64,000 nucleotides of DNA. Origin: an uncultured Verrucomicrobiales bacterium (GTDB taxonomy: Bacteria > Verrucomicrobiota > Verrucomicrobiia > Verrucomicrobiales > DEV007). This document shows positions 50,733-61,099 of this stretch, piece by piece. The DNA is taken from positions 1-64,000 of the forward strand of contig CALKOM010000014.1 in the NCBI GenBank assembly GCA_938091905.1, written 5' to 3'. Under the pieces are notes generated by a model. That model made no database searches, was not told where the DNA came from, and was given only the letters and a program-made list of their open reading frames with translations. Numbering within the stretch: position 1 is the stretch's first letter; every line of letters begins with the position of its first letter. The position numbers and the translations under genes were made by a program.

Positions 50733-52342
50733 GCTTGCTCTCCTCCTCCGCGAAGCGATCGATTCAATGGTATCAACACCACAATCCCCACCATCACGAT
50801 GGCCAGTGACGGCAAGGCCCCCTCGTGAATCCGCCCTTCCTTGGCCAAGCCAAACGCCTTCGTAGCCAAGGTTTCGAAATTTGCCGGACGTAAGATCATC
50901 GTGAGCGGAAGCTCCTTCAAGACATCAACAAAGACAAGCATTCCCGCCGCCAGCATTGGACGTCGCATCAACGGCAAGATGACTCTCCCAAACGTGCGCC
51001 CACGCCGGTCTCCCAGCAATTGTGACGCTTCATCCAAACGCCCGCACAGCCGGTCCATACCCGCACTGATCGGCTGATATGCCACCGCAAGAAACCGCGT
51101 GAGATAGCCGAAAAGCACCGCTAAAAGCGTACCGCTCAAGAGGACGTTGGAATCCAACCATTGGTCAAAGTTACCAAACACCATCATCACACCCACCGCA
51201 ACAACCGCGCCCGGCATAGCATAGCCAAGCGTCGCAGCTCGCAACAGGCCTTTCCATGATCGCGACTGGCATCCACGCGCCGTGAACGCTAACAGAAAGC
51301 CTACACTCACGATCATCAGCGACGCTGAAGCTGCCAGAGCCAGGCTCCGTCCCAACATCGGCAGAAAGTGACTCGGAACGGAGTCCCGTAAATTGAGCAG
51401 GCTCCATTGCCCCAGCTTCCAAGCCGGGTAAAGGAAGCCTGCTGTTAACGGAAGTCCACAGCAGATCACAGCGAATATCCCACCAATCCGTCCCAAGCGA
51501 CAACGTTCGATCGGACGTTCCTCCGTTCGCGCATCGGCAAAGCTTCGCTTTCCCCGTTGGGCGTATTCCAAACCAATCAGAACAAGGACGATCAAAGTGA
51601 CTAAACCCGCCAAGCGGATCGCCGACACGCGATCTTCCAAACCGAACCAGGTCCGAAAGACCCCGTCAGCTAAGGTCGGCACACCTAACAAATTCACAGC
51701 ACCATAGTCGTTGAGTACCTCCATCACGACCAAACTCAGGCCCGCAATGATGGCCGGACGCGACAGCGGCAAGGCAATCCTAAAGAATGTTGCCCTTCCT
51801 GATTGCCCCAACATCTGCGAGGCTTCAATCAGCGCGCGATTGTGATGGGCAAAGGATGTTCGGGCAGAAAGGTAAATGTAGGGAAAGAGCACACTGGCCA
51901 ACACTACTGACAATAACCCATAGCGAAGCAACGTTTGCGCCAGCATGAACGCATCCACGCCGAACTGCTCTCGAACCCACACCAACGTCGGAATCAACAT
52001 TTCAGGGATCTGCAGATATGCCAGAGCCGCAACGTAAGTCGGAAAAGCCAGCGGCAAAACCAAGGCCCATTCAAAAACCCGCCGCCCAGGAAACTCATGC
52101 GTCACCACAAGCCACGCTGCCGGTAACGCCATGAGCAGCGCAAGCAAACTTACCACAATCGCCAAGATCGCGGTGTTCTTCAAGTAATCGCCCAACAACG
52201 TGGACGCCACATGCCCCCACTCAGGACCCGTTTGTCCGAGACCAAAGAGGACCGCCACCAAGGGGGCGACCACGACGAGACAAAGAAGCCCGGCGCCAAT
52301 CAGCCACCGATCCCAGCGCCATTCTGCCCGGCCTACTCCCAC
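50729..52342 (-). CDS. Fe3+ ABC transporter permease (FbpB/FutB-like)
   Basis: Two EAA loops; MEVLNDYG, KELPLT..LRP.NFETLA. Confidence 0.92.
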   Translation of the reverse strand: MGVGRAEWRWDRWLIGAGLLCLVVVAPLVAVLFGLGQTGPEWGHVASTLLGDYLKNTAILAIVVSLLALLMALPAAWLVVTHEFPGRRVFEWALVLPLAFPTYVAALAYLQIPEMLIPTLVWVREQFGVDAFMLAQTLLRYGLLSVVLASVLFPYIYLSARTSFAHHNRALIEASQMLGQSGRATFFRIALPLSRPAIIAGLSLVVMEVLNDYGAVNLLGVPTLADGVFRTWFGLEDRVSAIRLAGLVTLIVLVLIGLEYAQRGKRSFADARTEERPIERCRLGRIGGIFAVICCGLPLTAGFLYPAWKLGQWSLLNLRDSVPSHFLPMLGRSLALAASASLMIVSVGFLLAFTARGCQSRSWKGLLRAATLGYAMPGAVVAVGVMMVFGNFDQWLDSNVLLSGTLLAVLFGYLTRFLAVAYQPISAGMDRLCGRLDEASQLLGDRRGRTFGRVILPLMRRPMLAAGMLVFVDVLKELPLTMILRPANFETLATKAFGLAKEGRIHEGALPSLAIVMVGIVVLIPLNRSLRGGGEQA

Positions 52343-53343
52343 CCAGCACGGTTGAAGACCTTGACCGCCGCCTTGTTCAGCTCACCGAGCCGAGCCAACG
52401 AAAGAGAATCTGGTTTGAATGTGCCCCAGGACTTCAGCAGATCAGACCAAGCCACGTCTTTCGAAACGGGATACTCATAAGTCGTCACGGGAAAGCTCGC
52501 CTGAGCTTCCTTTGAAGCGAGAAACTCTAGCAGCTTTACCGCATTCCCCTTATGTTTCGCCGCCTTGACGACTCCAGCACCGCTGACATTGATGTGCGTC
52601 CCGCGATCGCTTTGGTTAGGAAAGAACACCCCAATCTTCGAAGCCACGTCCCGATCCTTAGCATCGGCAGAATTCTGTAAGAGCCCAACATAGTAGGTAT
52701 TTACAATCGCGACATCTGCCAAACCAGCCGCCACGGCACGCATCTGATCACGGTCACTCCCTTGTGGCGCCCTCGCCATGTTCTTCCTTACCGCACTCGC
52801 CCACTGCGAAGCCTTTGCTTCCCCATGAGCTGCAATGAGCGAAGCTAACAGCGATTGATTGTAAATGTTAGAAGATGATCGTGCCAGGACCCGCCCTCGC
52901 CACTCCTTACCAGCCAGCGCCTCATAGGTTGAAAGCTCCGACGGCTTCACCCGATCCTTGGCATACACAATCACCCGCGCTCGACTCGTAAACCCAAACC
53001 AATACCCTTCGGGATCCCGCAGCGCCTCAGGGATGCTCGCACGCAAATTCTCTGAGGTCACCGGCTGAAGCAAATCCATCGACTTGGCCCGATGCAAACG
53101 CCCTGCATCCGCCGTCATCAAAAGATCCGCAGGCGTGCGATCGCCTTCTTGCTTCAACCGCTCCATCAACTGATCCGCCCCCGACTTCACCACGTTCACC
53201 TGTATCCCAGTCTTCTTCGTAAACTCGGCAAAAAGCGCAACATCCGCCTCGTAATGCCGATGCGTGTACAACATCACCTCCTCAGCCGCAGCCAATGCCG
53301 AACTCACGAAGGAAATAACCAGAATCAGAAGAATCACTTTCAT
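52333..53343 (-). CDS. Fe3+ ABC transporter substrate-binding protein (FutA/FbpA-like)
   Basis: YTHRHY, TADAGRL, SSNIYNQSL, NTYY, GTHINVSG. Confidence 0.93.
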   Translation of the reverse strand: MKVILLILVISFVSSALAAAEEVMLYTHRHYEADVALFAEFTKKTGIQVNVVKSGADQLMERLKQEGDRTPADLLMTADAGRLHRAKSMDLLQPVTSENLRASIPEALRDPEGYWFGFTSRARVIVYAKDRVKPSELSTYEALAGKEWRGRVLARSSSNIYNQSLLASLIAAHGEAKASQWASAVRKNMARAPQGSDRDQMRAVAAGLADVAIVNTYYVGLLQNSADAKDRDVASKIGVFFPNQSDRGTHINVSGAGVVKAAKHKGNAVKLLEFLASKEAQASFPVTTYEYPVSKDVAWSDLLKSWGTFKPDSLSLARLGELNKAAVKVFNRAGWE

Positions 53344-53359
53344 TCCGCCATCTAATGCA

Positions 53360-53378
53360 ATTGAGACTCAATCTCAAC
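53360..53378. promoter_or_regulatory. Fur-box-like operator upstream of the iron transporter operon
   Basis: ATTGAGACTCAATCTCAAC: TTGAGA-N5-TCTCAA palindrome about 17 nt upstream of the start codon. Confidence 0.65.
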
Positions 53379-53472
53379 AAGGAAATTGACGAATTCCTAA
53401 TAAAGGAACTTCAAATATCATTTATACGCTAATTTTTTCTTTTTACGATCTAAAATCCACCAATGTTACCGT

Positions 53473-53800
53473 ATGAGGCTCCCAACTCGAATCATGGTTG
53501 TTGCTGGATTGGTAGGTCTGGCCGCCGCTATTGCTGCCATCCAAATTCAACCTTCATCATCTGAGGCTACTGTGGCGGATGCCAGTGAGAGTAGGATTGA
53601 TTCGAAGAAGGCTCGAGATGTGAACGCGACCGAACGCTGATACACGATCGATTTGAACTTGGAACCAGAGATTATCGAATTCGAAGGACTCGTCAATCAC
53701 GGCTCGCCTATTACACAGACAGTCACTGATGCCGAAGGCCAGCCGCACAAAGTCCATTTCAAGGACTGAAGAATCGATATACCGGAGTGCTCCACCCGTC
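53473..53800 (+). pseudogene. Short decayed gene carrying a secretin C-terminal fragment
   Basis: MRLPTRIMVVAGLVGLAAA...ER*YTIDLNLEPEIIEFEGLVNHGSPITQTVTDAEGQP...D*RIDIPECSTRR resembles VDLALSPEFVEFIGFVNYGSPITAAGTDALGNP in the 40251-42710 secretin. Confidence 0.65.
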
Positions 53801-53995
53801 GCTCTCAGTTAGAGAAGCACTCGCAAGCCCGAACTCACACTCCTCAAACAGGACGTCGTCATCACACATGTTTTGTTTCTAGATTTTCTAGCCTCCACTT
53901 CGTAACGACAGCATTTCTGCCGGTGCCGGAAGCGGCACCAAGCACGCCAAGAATGAAGGCGATACCTGGTCCGCAGGAAAAGAGGACGATTAGAG

Positions 53996-54250
53996 TCAGA
54001 GTTCTGACTCCTCCTCCAGCTGACGTTTCCGATCTCGTGAAAGTATGATGCAACACTCTCCCAGAACAGCATCGCCCAGCGCGTAGAGACGCATGCGATG
54101 TATTTTGACCATACCCTTCGAAACGAGTTCTCGATAGGCGATGGGGGCACCGCTCTGTCTCAGATCCTCTGCCGTATGCACTCCGACTGCTGCAAGCCAA
54201 TCCTGACAACGAGGACCAGGGGTGGGAAGGCTGCTGACACGGTTACTCAT
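53996..54250 (-). CDS. TfoX/Sxy C-terminal domain protein (possibly degenerate)
   Basis: LPTPGPRCQDWLAAVGVHTAEDLRQSGAPIAY...LYALGDA. Confidence 0.7.
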   Translation of the reverse strand: MSNRVSSLPTPGPRCQDWLAAVGVHTAEDLRQSGAPIAYRELVSKGMVKIHRMRLYALGDAVLGECCIILSRDRKRQLEEESEL

Positions 54251-54315
54251 GGGAAACGGAAAAAAGGTCGCGAAACACCGTTGCCAGTGCCCAAGCAATT
54301 CTCAATGCTGGCAAT

Positions 54316-55203
54316 ATGGGTAATCGCTTTCTTTCTCTTCTCACCACGACTACGCTATCATTAGCACACACCCAAGCAATCGAAGTCATCCCGGTATGGC
54401 CAGACCTAGCTCCCGGCGAATCCGATAAGCATACTGGGACCGCCCAACCGCCAAAAGTAGCCGATCCGACTATTACCCGTGTCGAAGCCATCACCTTCCC
54501 GACCTTGCAAGTCATGCGCCCAAAAAGGACGGCAAATGGAACTGCCATCGTCATCTTGCCTGGAGGTGGCTTTCGCTATGTGGTCCCGAATCTGGAAGGC
54601 TCAGAGGCAGGGGAAATTTTTAATACGTTAGGGATCACCGCTTTCGTATTGAACTACCGGACGACTAATACGGGTCCTTCTGGTGCTTGGCTTCGTCCTT
54701 TGCAAGATTCCCAAAGAGCGATCCGCTTGGTTCGTGCTCGCGCTGCTGAATGGGACCTCGATCCGAAGAAGATTGGCCTGCTGGCATTCTCGGCCGGTGG
54801 CCAGGTTGGAGCCATTCATATTGGCAACCAAGGCGATGCTTACAATCCGATCGACTCAACCGACGAACAAAGTGCTCGTCCTGACTTCGCCATGCTCATC
54901 TATCCTTGGCGATTGGCAGACGCCAAAACTGGCGACCTCATGCCGGCAATTCAGTTGTCTCAAAATTCCCCTCCAACGTTCATCGTGCACACCCATGACG
55001 ATCAGTCGTCATCTCTGGGAGCCGCCGGAGTCTACATTGCCTTAAAAAAGCACAACGTGCCTGCGGAAATCCATATCTACGAGACCGGTGGTCACGGCTA
55101 TGGCACGCGAGACCGACCCAAGTCTAACATCGGCACGTGGTCAGATCGCGCATTAGACTGGTTGGTCAATCGTCAGCTAGGCGACCGAACAGAGTACAAG
55201 TAA
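54316..55203 (+). CDS. Exported alpha/beta hydrolase (acetyl/xylan esterase-like)
   Basis: LPGGGF, LNYR, FSAGG nucleophile elbow, RPDFAMLIYP, PPTFIVH..DD, GGHGYG. Confidence 0.9.
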   Translation: MGNRFLSLLTTTTLSLAHTQAIEVIPVWPDLAPGESDKHTGTAQPPKVADPTITRVEAITFPTLQVMRPKRTANGTAIVILPGGGFRYVVPNLEGSEAGEIFNTLGITAFVLNYRTTNTGPSGAWLRPLQDSQRAIRLVRARAAEWDLDPKKIGLLAFSAGGQVGAIHIGNQGDAYNPIDSTDEQSARPDFAMLIYPWRLADAKTGDLMPAIQLSQNSPPTFIVHTHDDQSSSLGAAGVYIALKKHNVPAEIHIYETGGHGYGTRDRPKSNIGTWSDRALDWLVNRQLGDRTEYK

Positions 55204-55206
55204 ATG

Positions 55207-58200
55207 CTAAATGTCGGAAGCTGCCTCTTCACTGGAAACTACTCGTCCCAGGTAACGACTGGCGGCAAAGCGAAGCTGCGCCGGATTGAGCCGCATGAGG
55301 CAGGCCTGTTTCTTTCCAAGAGAAGAGACCTGCTCATCTGTGAGCTGAACGATCTGCTCAAACTGGCAGATTCCCATATCTTTCAACAGAGCCGATCCCA
55401 CACCACTCACTCCAGGCAATAGACTCAGCGGGTCTCCTCGCTGCTGCTCCCTATCAGCGACAGCACCCGAGTCAGATTTCGATGTTAAATCATGCGCTTC
55501 TGGAGGATCCCATGACCGCCACCGCCAGTGACTTCCTACCGCGACTCGGGCACCAGAATGCCAGCGATGCAACGTTTCACGAAAGCCTTGGAAGCGCCCG
55601 TCACGGACGCGCAACGCCGCACACTGACGACTACGCAAGAAGGAAAGCTGTCGGAATGTCCAAATCCCATAGTCGTTCAAGAGACGTTCCATGTTCTCGT
55701 CAATCCCATCGATTTCCGAGAGTGAGTCTACTTCGCGTGGCTTGAATTGATACAGTGTGCCTAGCTCAGCATCTTGATAGACTTGATTTTCATCAGCAAA
55801 TTCCAACGGCACGCCTTGACGTAACCGGGCAAGCGACGTCGCCGCCTCTACGCTATGGATGCTTAAAAGGGCACGCCAGAGATTCCACCCCATGTTCTTG
55901 AACTCAGGCGCTTCGGCACGCAGCGCATCGATCTGCGAATCCGTTAAGTTTTCAATCTGCTTGAAACGGTAGAATCCCAATTCATGGAGTTGCTTCTCAC
56001 TTTGCGCTGTGACGCCATTCATAAGCGCAAGTTGGTCCGGTTCCTCGAGAGCCTCGGGGTAAACCACACCAAAGCACGGTGACAACTGTACCACTTCACC
56101 CGCAAAGGCTGGTGGTATTGACATCGCGAAGCCTTCCTCAGAGAATCGACGTCGCCATTCTGCCCAACGAATGCCTGCTAATTCAGGGTGACGGCTCACC
56201 AACTCCTGAATTGCGGCATCATCCCAATGAGCGATCTGTACGAAACGATATATTCCCAGGCGACGAAGGAGACTCGCCTTCATTTCGTCCACACCTTGTA
56301 AAAGCGTTAGCTGATCTACTTTCCCAGGAACACGATCATAAACCACTCCAAGATGAGGACAGTGTTGTATAGACTCACCAGCGAATGCCGTCGGTGTCAT
56401 CAAGCGTTGTCCATTACGGAAATAAGCACGCCAGTGCCCCCAAGCGAACCCATCAAAGCGATCATCCATCTTACGCCAAGCCTCGAGTTGGGTGTCAGAA
56501 AGCTGGGCAATTTGCTCATAGCGATAAAGGCCCATGGCATTCATCGCCTGACCGGAAGCTGAATCGATTCCTTTCAATCGGCAGAGATTATCTGACTGCG
56601 CTGGCGCCTCGCCATAGACAAAGCCAAGCTTTAGAGAAAGTTTGAGAGTCTCTCCAGTCAGCGTCTCTGGCATCTCGATTGCTCCGCGATGGGTTCGGAA
56701 ATACGCCCGCCACGACTTCCAATCGACCGCCCTCAAACGATCGTCCAGCTCACCAAGCTGATTCACTTCGGCATCGCCAAAGCAAGCAAGTTGGCTATAA
56801 CGATAGATACCTAATTGATACAAACACTCAGCGGCCTGAGTGCTAACACCTTGAAGTTGCGTGAAATCATCAGACTCACAAGGAGTACTAACATAGACAA
56901 CTCCGAGTTGCGGAGAGATCTGAACAGGCTCGCCTTCGAATTCGGAGGGCACTTCAATCGTCTCATCCGAAGATCTCAAACGCTCTCTCCACGCCCTCCA
57001 ATCAACCTCCCCGGCAGCAGGAGCAGCTTTCTTCCAATGTTCAATCTGATCATCGCTTAAATGCACCACTTGGCGATAGCGATAGAGCCCCTCACGATTC
57101 AACTGCTCAGCCGCACTCGCGCTAACACCATACAACAAAGACAAGTCATCGACTTCATTCGGCGCCCTTCCATAAACAACACCAAGATTAGGTGACACTT
57201 GAACTGGCTCACCTTCAAATTCAGTAGGCACTTCGATCTTTGCTCCTGAAGAAGCGAGCTGATCACGCCAACCCTTCCAATCAAATCCTGGCACAGACGC
57301 TGTCTGTTTCTGCCAGTTCCCAATCTGATGATCACTTAGCTGAGCAATTTGCTCATAGCGATAGAGCCCGCTACCATTCCATTTCCGAACCGCAGACGAA
57401 TCCGCACCTTGCAACAAGGAAAGATCGTCCTGGTTCGCCGGCTTACGCGTGTATATTAGGCCGAGCTTTGGCGAAAGGGCCACTTCCGCACCTTCGAAGC
57501 CACCCGGCAATTCCAAGCGCCCTCCAGATTTCTTGATCTCGTGACGCCAATAGCTCCAGTCGATTTCCTGCAGCAACGGTGCTTCATTCTCCAACGCGGC
57601 AATCTCTTCATCCGACCATTCTGCAATCTGGCCAAACTGATAGATGCCCAGCCCGTGGAGTGCTGAAACTTGTTCCGCCCCCAATCCCTCAATGAGCGTA
57701 AGTCGATCAGTTTTCTTTGGGCGCGAAGCGAAGACCCATCCAAGGTAAGGAGACCATTTCACAGCCTCGCCTTTCAAGGTGGCGGGCGGCGTGAGGCTCT
57801 CAGAGCCTTGGAAACGCTTGCGCCAAGCATGCCAAGGTAGTTTCGCGAACGCGGGATCCTGCTTTTCCCATGCACCAATCTGAGCATCGTTTAGCTGAGC
57901 GACCTGAGCATAGCGATAGATCCCGCTTCGGTTCAAACTCTTGCCAAGAGAAGGATAGACTCCGTGAAGTTGTGATAGGTCGTCTGCCTTAGTAGGGGGC
58001 TCACGGAATAGAGGCCCCAACGTGGGCGATACCTCCACCGGTTGACCTTGAAGCGCTTCCGGAATCCTAGGAATACCATCTGAGGACTTAAAATAGGTAC
58101 GCCACTGTGACCACTCAGGCCCTTCAAGCTTCAGATCATGAGCCTGCAAGGCATTCAGTTCTTCATCCTTAAGATGCGCAATCTGTTTGAACTTGTGTAT

Positions 58201-59262
58201 CCCAAGTTTGCCCAACAACTCCCCGCCCTCCGGCGTCAGACCTGCAAGCGTAGAGAAATCGTCTGCATCCTTTGGCTTTCGATTGTAGACCCAACCGAAC
58301 TTAGAACTAAGTGTCATATCTTCCCCCACAAAGTGGGACGGCAAGACCGGAGCGGGGATCGCTCTCGGTTTCACTAGCATCGGAACGTTCTCCTTTGGCG
58401 ATGCAGGAGCAATCTCCATATCCCCCCACTCGGGTTTAAGGCGAGCCACCTTCCTTGGCTTTAGAGCCAGAGGCCTCTCGTCAAGAACTAGCTCCTGATC
58501 CAACACAGACTCTACTTCCGCCAGCGGTTTTGAAGCCAACGACTGCTTCTCGGGAACCTGATTCTTCTCTATCACCGGATTAACCTCAGCCAGTTTAGCT
58601 TTTGAACTGGGCTGCTCATCAGCTTTCTCTCGCGCTGCCTCCTCACCATCAGACCCGCCAACCTCAGTAACTTCCACCAACCGACTCTGGCGGGCTCGCA
58701 GGCGATCACGCCAGAATGTCCAATGGACCTCTCTAAGCTTAGGATCCTCACTCTGCAAAGCGCGGATATTCCCGTCAGACAACTCACTGATCTGAGCAAA
58801 CTGATAAATCCCTAAAGCATTCAACTTCCTCTGTAGGTTGTCGTCCACGCCGCGCAATGTCGTGAGGTCGTCTCGGTGTTCAGGAGGAAAGCGATACCCT
58901 TTTCCGAATGGCTCTTCATCCGGGATGGCCAGCTCTTCAAGTTGATCCTTTAGAAGCGAAGCAGCCTCGAGACCAGACTCTCCTTCCTGCTTGATCGGTT
59001 CATTCGCAGCGGGAGCGCCGCTACGAGCAGGCATCGGAACTGCTCGTTCCAGATCGCGGAGCCCTTCTCTCACCTGGCGCTGCAAGGCCACCACTTCCAA
59101 CAAGAGGTTGCGCTCACGAAGAATGCCTTTCCGGAAACGCCTTACCCAAGGTCCCCAGAGAAGCCAAGCAAACCAAAGACCAAGCAGAAATGACAGCAGC
59201 GCAAGCCAAACCTTCCAAGGCAAGCAGATCGTTTCCCAAAGATACGTGAGCGTCTTCCACAT
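55207..59262 (-). CDS. 1351-aa membrane-anchored protein with 12 H3TH/HhH-like (COG3743/DUF4332-like) repeats
   Basis: N-terminal TM plus short coiled coil. Twelve copies of D(D/Q)L..L.G......L...G(I/L)Y.(F/Y).Q(I/V)..(L/W) counted by eye. Confidence 0.85.
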   Translation of the reverse strand: MWKTLTYLWETICLPWKVWLALLSFLLGLWFAWLLWGPWVRRFRKGILRERNLLLEVVALQRQVREGLRDLERAVPMPARSGAPAANEPIKQEGESGLEAASLLKDQLEELAIPDEEPFGKGYRFPPEHRDDLTTLRGVDDNLQRKLNALGIYQFAQISELSDGNIRALQSEDPKLREVHWTFWRDRLRARQSRLVEVTEVGGSDGEEAAREKADEQPSSKAKLAEVNPVIEKNQVPEKQSLASKPLAEVESVLDQELVLDERPLALKPRKVARLKPEWGDMEIAPASPKENVPMLVKPRAIPAPVLPSHFVGEDMTLSSKFGWVYNRKPKDADDFSTLAGLTPEGGELLGKLGIHKFKQIAHLKDEELNALQAHDLKLEGPEWSQWRTYFKSSDGIPRIPEALQGQPVEVSPTLGPLFREPPTKADDLSQLHGVYPSLGKSLNRSGIYRYAQVAQLNDAQIGAWEKQDPAFAKLPWHAWRKRFQGSESLTPPATLKGEAVKWSPYLGWVFASRPKKTDRLTLIEGLGAEQVSALHGLGIYQFGQIAEWSDEEIAALENEAPLLQEIDWSYWRHEIKKSGGRLELPGGFEGAEVALSPKLGLIYTRKPANQDDLSLLQGADSSAVRKWNGSGLYRYEQIAQLSDHQIGNWQKQTASVPGFDWKGWRDQLASSGAKIEVPTEFEGEPVQVSPNLGVVYGRAPNEVDDLSLLYGVSASAAEQLNREGLYRYRQVVHLSDDQIEHWKKAAPAAGEVDWRAWRERLRSSDETIEVPSEFEGEPVQISPQLGVVYVSTPCESDDFTQLQGVSTQAAECLYQLGIYRYSQLACFGDAEVNQLGELDDRLRAVDWKSWRAYFRTHRGAIEMPETLTGETLKLSLKLGFVYGEAPAQSDNLCRLKGIDSASGQAMNAMGLYRYEQIAQLSDTQLEAWRKMDDRFDGFAWGHWRAYFRNGQRLMTPTAFAGESIQHCPHLGVVYDRVPGKVDQLTLLQGVDEMKASLLRRLGIYRFVQIAHWDDAAIQELVSRHPELAGIRWAEWRRRFSEEGFAMSIPPAFAGEVVQLSPCFGVVYPEALEEPDQLALMNGVTAQSEKQLHELGFYRFKQIENLTDSQIDALRAEAPEFKNMGWNLWRALLSIHSVEAATSLARLRQGVPLEFADENQVYQDAELGTLYQFKPREVDSLSEIDGIDENMERLLNDYGIWTFRQLSFLRSRQCAALRVRDGRFQGFRETLHRWHSGARVAVGSHWRWRSWDPPEAHDLTSKSDSGAVADREQQRGDPLSLLPGVSGVGSALLKDMGICQFEQIVQLTDEQVSSLGKKQACLMRLNPAQLRFAASRYLGRVVSSEEAASDI

Positions 59263-59266
59263 AACT

Positions 59267-59470
59267 CTAGACGCTCTTCTTCAGCAGAGCTCGCTCTTTT
59301 TCTAACAATTCAACAGCATACTCTACACGCATTGCCTTCGCTCTCCGGGATCTCCAGAGGAATCCTCCAACGATTAGCCCGAGGATAAAAAAGAGCACCC
59401 CCCAGAACAGCGCTAAGGAAAAAGCATGTGTCAGGTAGTAATACATACCGCCACTATATAAAGCATCCAT
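59267..59470 (-). CDS. Small single-pass membrane protein (ArfB-like position)
   Basis: Hydrophobic helix FSLALFWGVLFFILGLIVGGFLW followed by a basic tail. Tightly packed between its neighbours. Confidence 0.7.
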   Translation of the reverse strand: MDALYSGGMYYYLTHAFSLALFWGVLFFILGLIVGGFLWRSRRAKAMRVEYAVELLEKERALLKKSV

Positions 59471-59500
59471 TATTATCGTTGTAGTGTTAGCCTGATACCA

Positions 59501-60925
59501 TTAATCCCTCAAATGAATCTCAACACCTCGTTCACTTCCTAAATCTTGGTCTGGCCTCACCTCATTGGCGGCGTCGAGACTATCCACCTCGATACGATTC
59601 GCCGTTACACCTAGCTTAACTAGCTCTCTCTTAATACTTTCAGCGCGGCGAAGACTCAAACTCTTGTTATCGGCCGCGTTTCTTCCAGATTCAGCGTAGC
59701 CCGCAACGACAATCACGCCTTCATAGTCAGCATCGGTTAGAAGACCATGAACTTGAGTTACCTTCCGAAGCTCCTCGAAATTCGCAATCTCCTGGTTCGT
59801 CCCGAAGTAAACCGACAATCGAGCTAAACTAGCCTTGAGCTGTGCCTCTCTTTCCTCCTCCATACCAACCTCCTCTTGTTGATCAGCCCGTTCAGATTCG
59901 ACTGACTCTAGAGAGCTAAGAAGAACCCCTTCCAAATGGGCCCGAATCAATGGGTTCGATATGCCAAGAACGACGATGCCAGCAGGCCCTTCAGAGAAGC
60001 CGCCCTCTTCACCTTCTCTCATTGACAGAAAAGCCCGAATGCGGCTTGGAAACGCATCCGATGTGTAACTTGCAAGCTCTGGCACCACGCCAAGCTCGTT
60101 ATTCCAAACAACTTCCGGTGCCGCCTGCCGGGCAGCCAGCATCGCCTGGGCACGGATCTCAGCACTTCCAACACTGCCCCGCAAAAAGCCCTCCTCGCGT
60201 TTACCCCCATGTTTCGTGACCACACAATGCACTCCTTCTAAGGCAGTTGAGCTTATCGTCAGATGGTTCTCAAGTGTCCGACCATGAAGGAGGAGCTCGA
60301 CTTGTTCCTCAATTCGATCCTTAATTGCTGACGATGAAACCTCGCCTCGCATGACAAACTTCTCCATAGACCACTCGAAGAATCCTTGCTCCGCTTCCTT
60401 GATAAACAACGCACCAAAGCTTGCGATCAATCGAGCATCCGGCACTGGGCAAGAACGCTCTGACACTTCCAGATCATTGACAACTGTGCGAACCACAGGC
60501 ATTTGATAGACAATCTCAGAGACTCGCTTCTTTAAAACATCGTTAGCCACTCGCCCTCTCAATAGCACCTCACTCCCTTTTCGTTCAAAGAAGACCGTGG
60601 ATGGCAAGGATGGAAGCACTGGCTCTACTTCTTCAAGGAAGTCGATCACACGTCCAGCCCTAAGCCTACCTGAAATCTCTCGAACGATCTGACGCTTGCG
60701 TCCCTTCTCCACATTACCCGAGAGCACGAGATCGAGATGATCAACCCGAGTGGACAAATTCGACATGTACTTCTGTGATATCTCAGCTGTATTAAGATCC
60801 GCTAACAACTCTCGCTCGATCCTGAGGTCGCCATCACAGCACGTTCGCGAAACCCAAGCGAAGATTCCGACGATGGCGATAAAGAGAAGAACAACAACGG
60901 CTTTCATGACAACAGGCCCTATCAT
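59501..60925 (-). CDS. BON-domain plus OmpA-like C-terminal domain membrane protein (ArfA-like architecture)
   Basis: N-terminal TM; repeated VLLRGRV...V.N.L.V BON-like units; VYFG...VAGYAE...NKSLSLRRAESIK..LV..GV...RI. Confidence 0.8.
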   Translation of the reverse strand: MIGPVVMKAVVVLLFIAIVGIFAWVSRTCCDGDLRIERELLADLNTAEISQKYMSNLSTRVDHLDLVLSGNVEKGRKRQIVREISGRLRAGRVIDFLEEVEPVLPSLPSTVFFERKGSEVLLRGRVANDVLKKRVSEIVYQMPVVRTVVNDLEVSERSCPVPDARLIASFGALFIKEAEQGFFEWSMEKFVMRGEVSSSAIKDRIEEQVELLLHGRTLENHLTISSTALEGVHCVVTKHGGKREEGFLRGSVGSAEIRAQAMLAARQAAPEVVWNNELGVVPELASYTSDAFPSRIRAFLSMREGEEGGFSEGPAGIVVLGISNPLIRAHLEGVLLSSLESVESERADQQEEVGMEEEREAQLKASLARLSVYFGTNQEIANFEELRKVTQVHGLLTDADYEGVIVVAGYAESGRNAADNKSLSLRRAESIKRELVKLGVTANRIEVDSLDAANEVRPDQDLGSERGVEIHLRD

Positions 60926-61099
60926 CGGTGCTTACCAGATTCTAGAGACGGTCGAAATTATGGGACCAATCGGAGAACGCACAAGAACACATCCAGAAAG
61001 AGTATTTAGTATCCTCAAACTGTCTTCGAGGCTTTAACAGTTCCCAAAGCGCAAGGAATTGGGCCCCTGGTTAGACGTGCCAATAGTGGGCCTAGCTGG

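Noticed and set aside
53638..53769. Two in-frame TGA codons as selenocysteine
   Set aside because: The positions align with non-Cys residues of the secretin segment, there is no clear downstream hairpin, and the surrounding sequence is degenerate.
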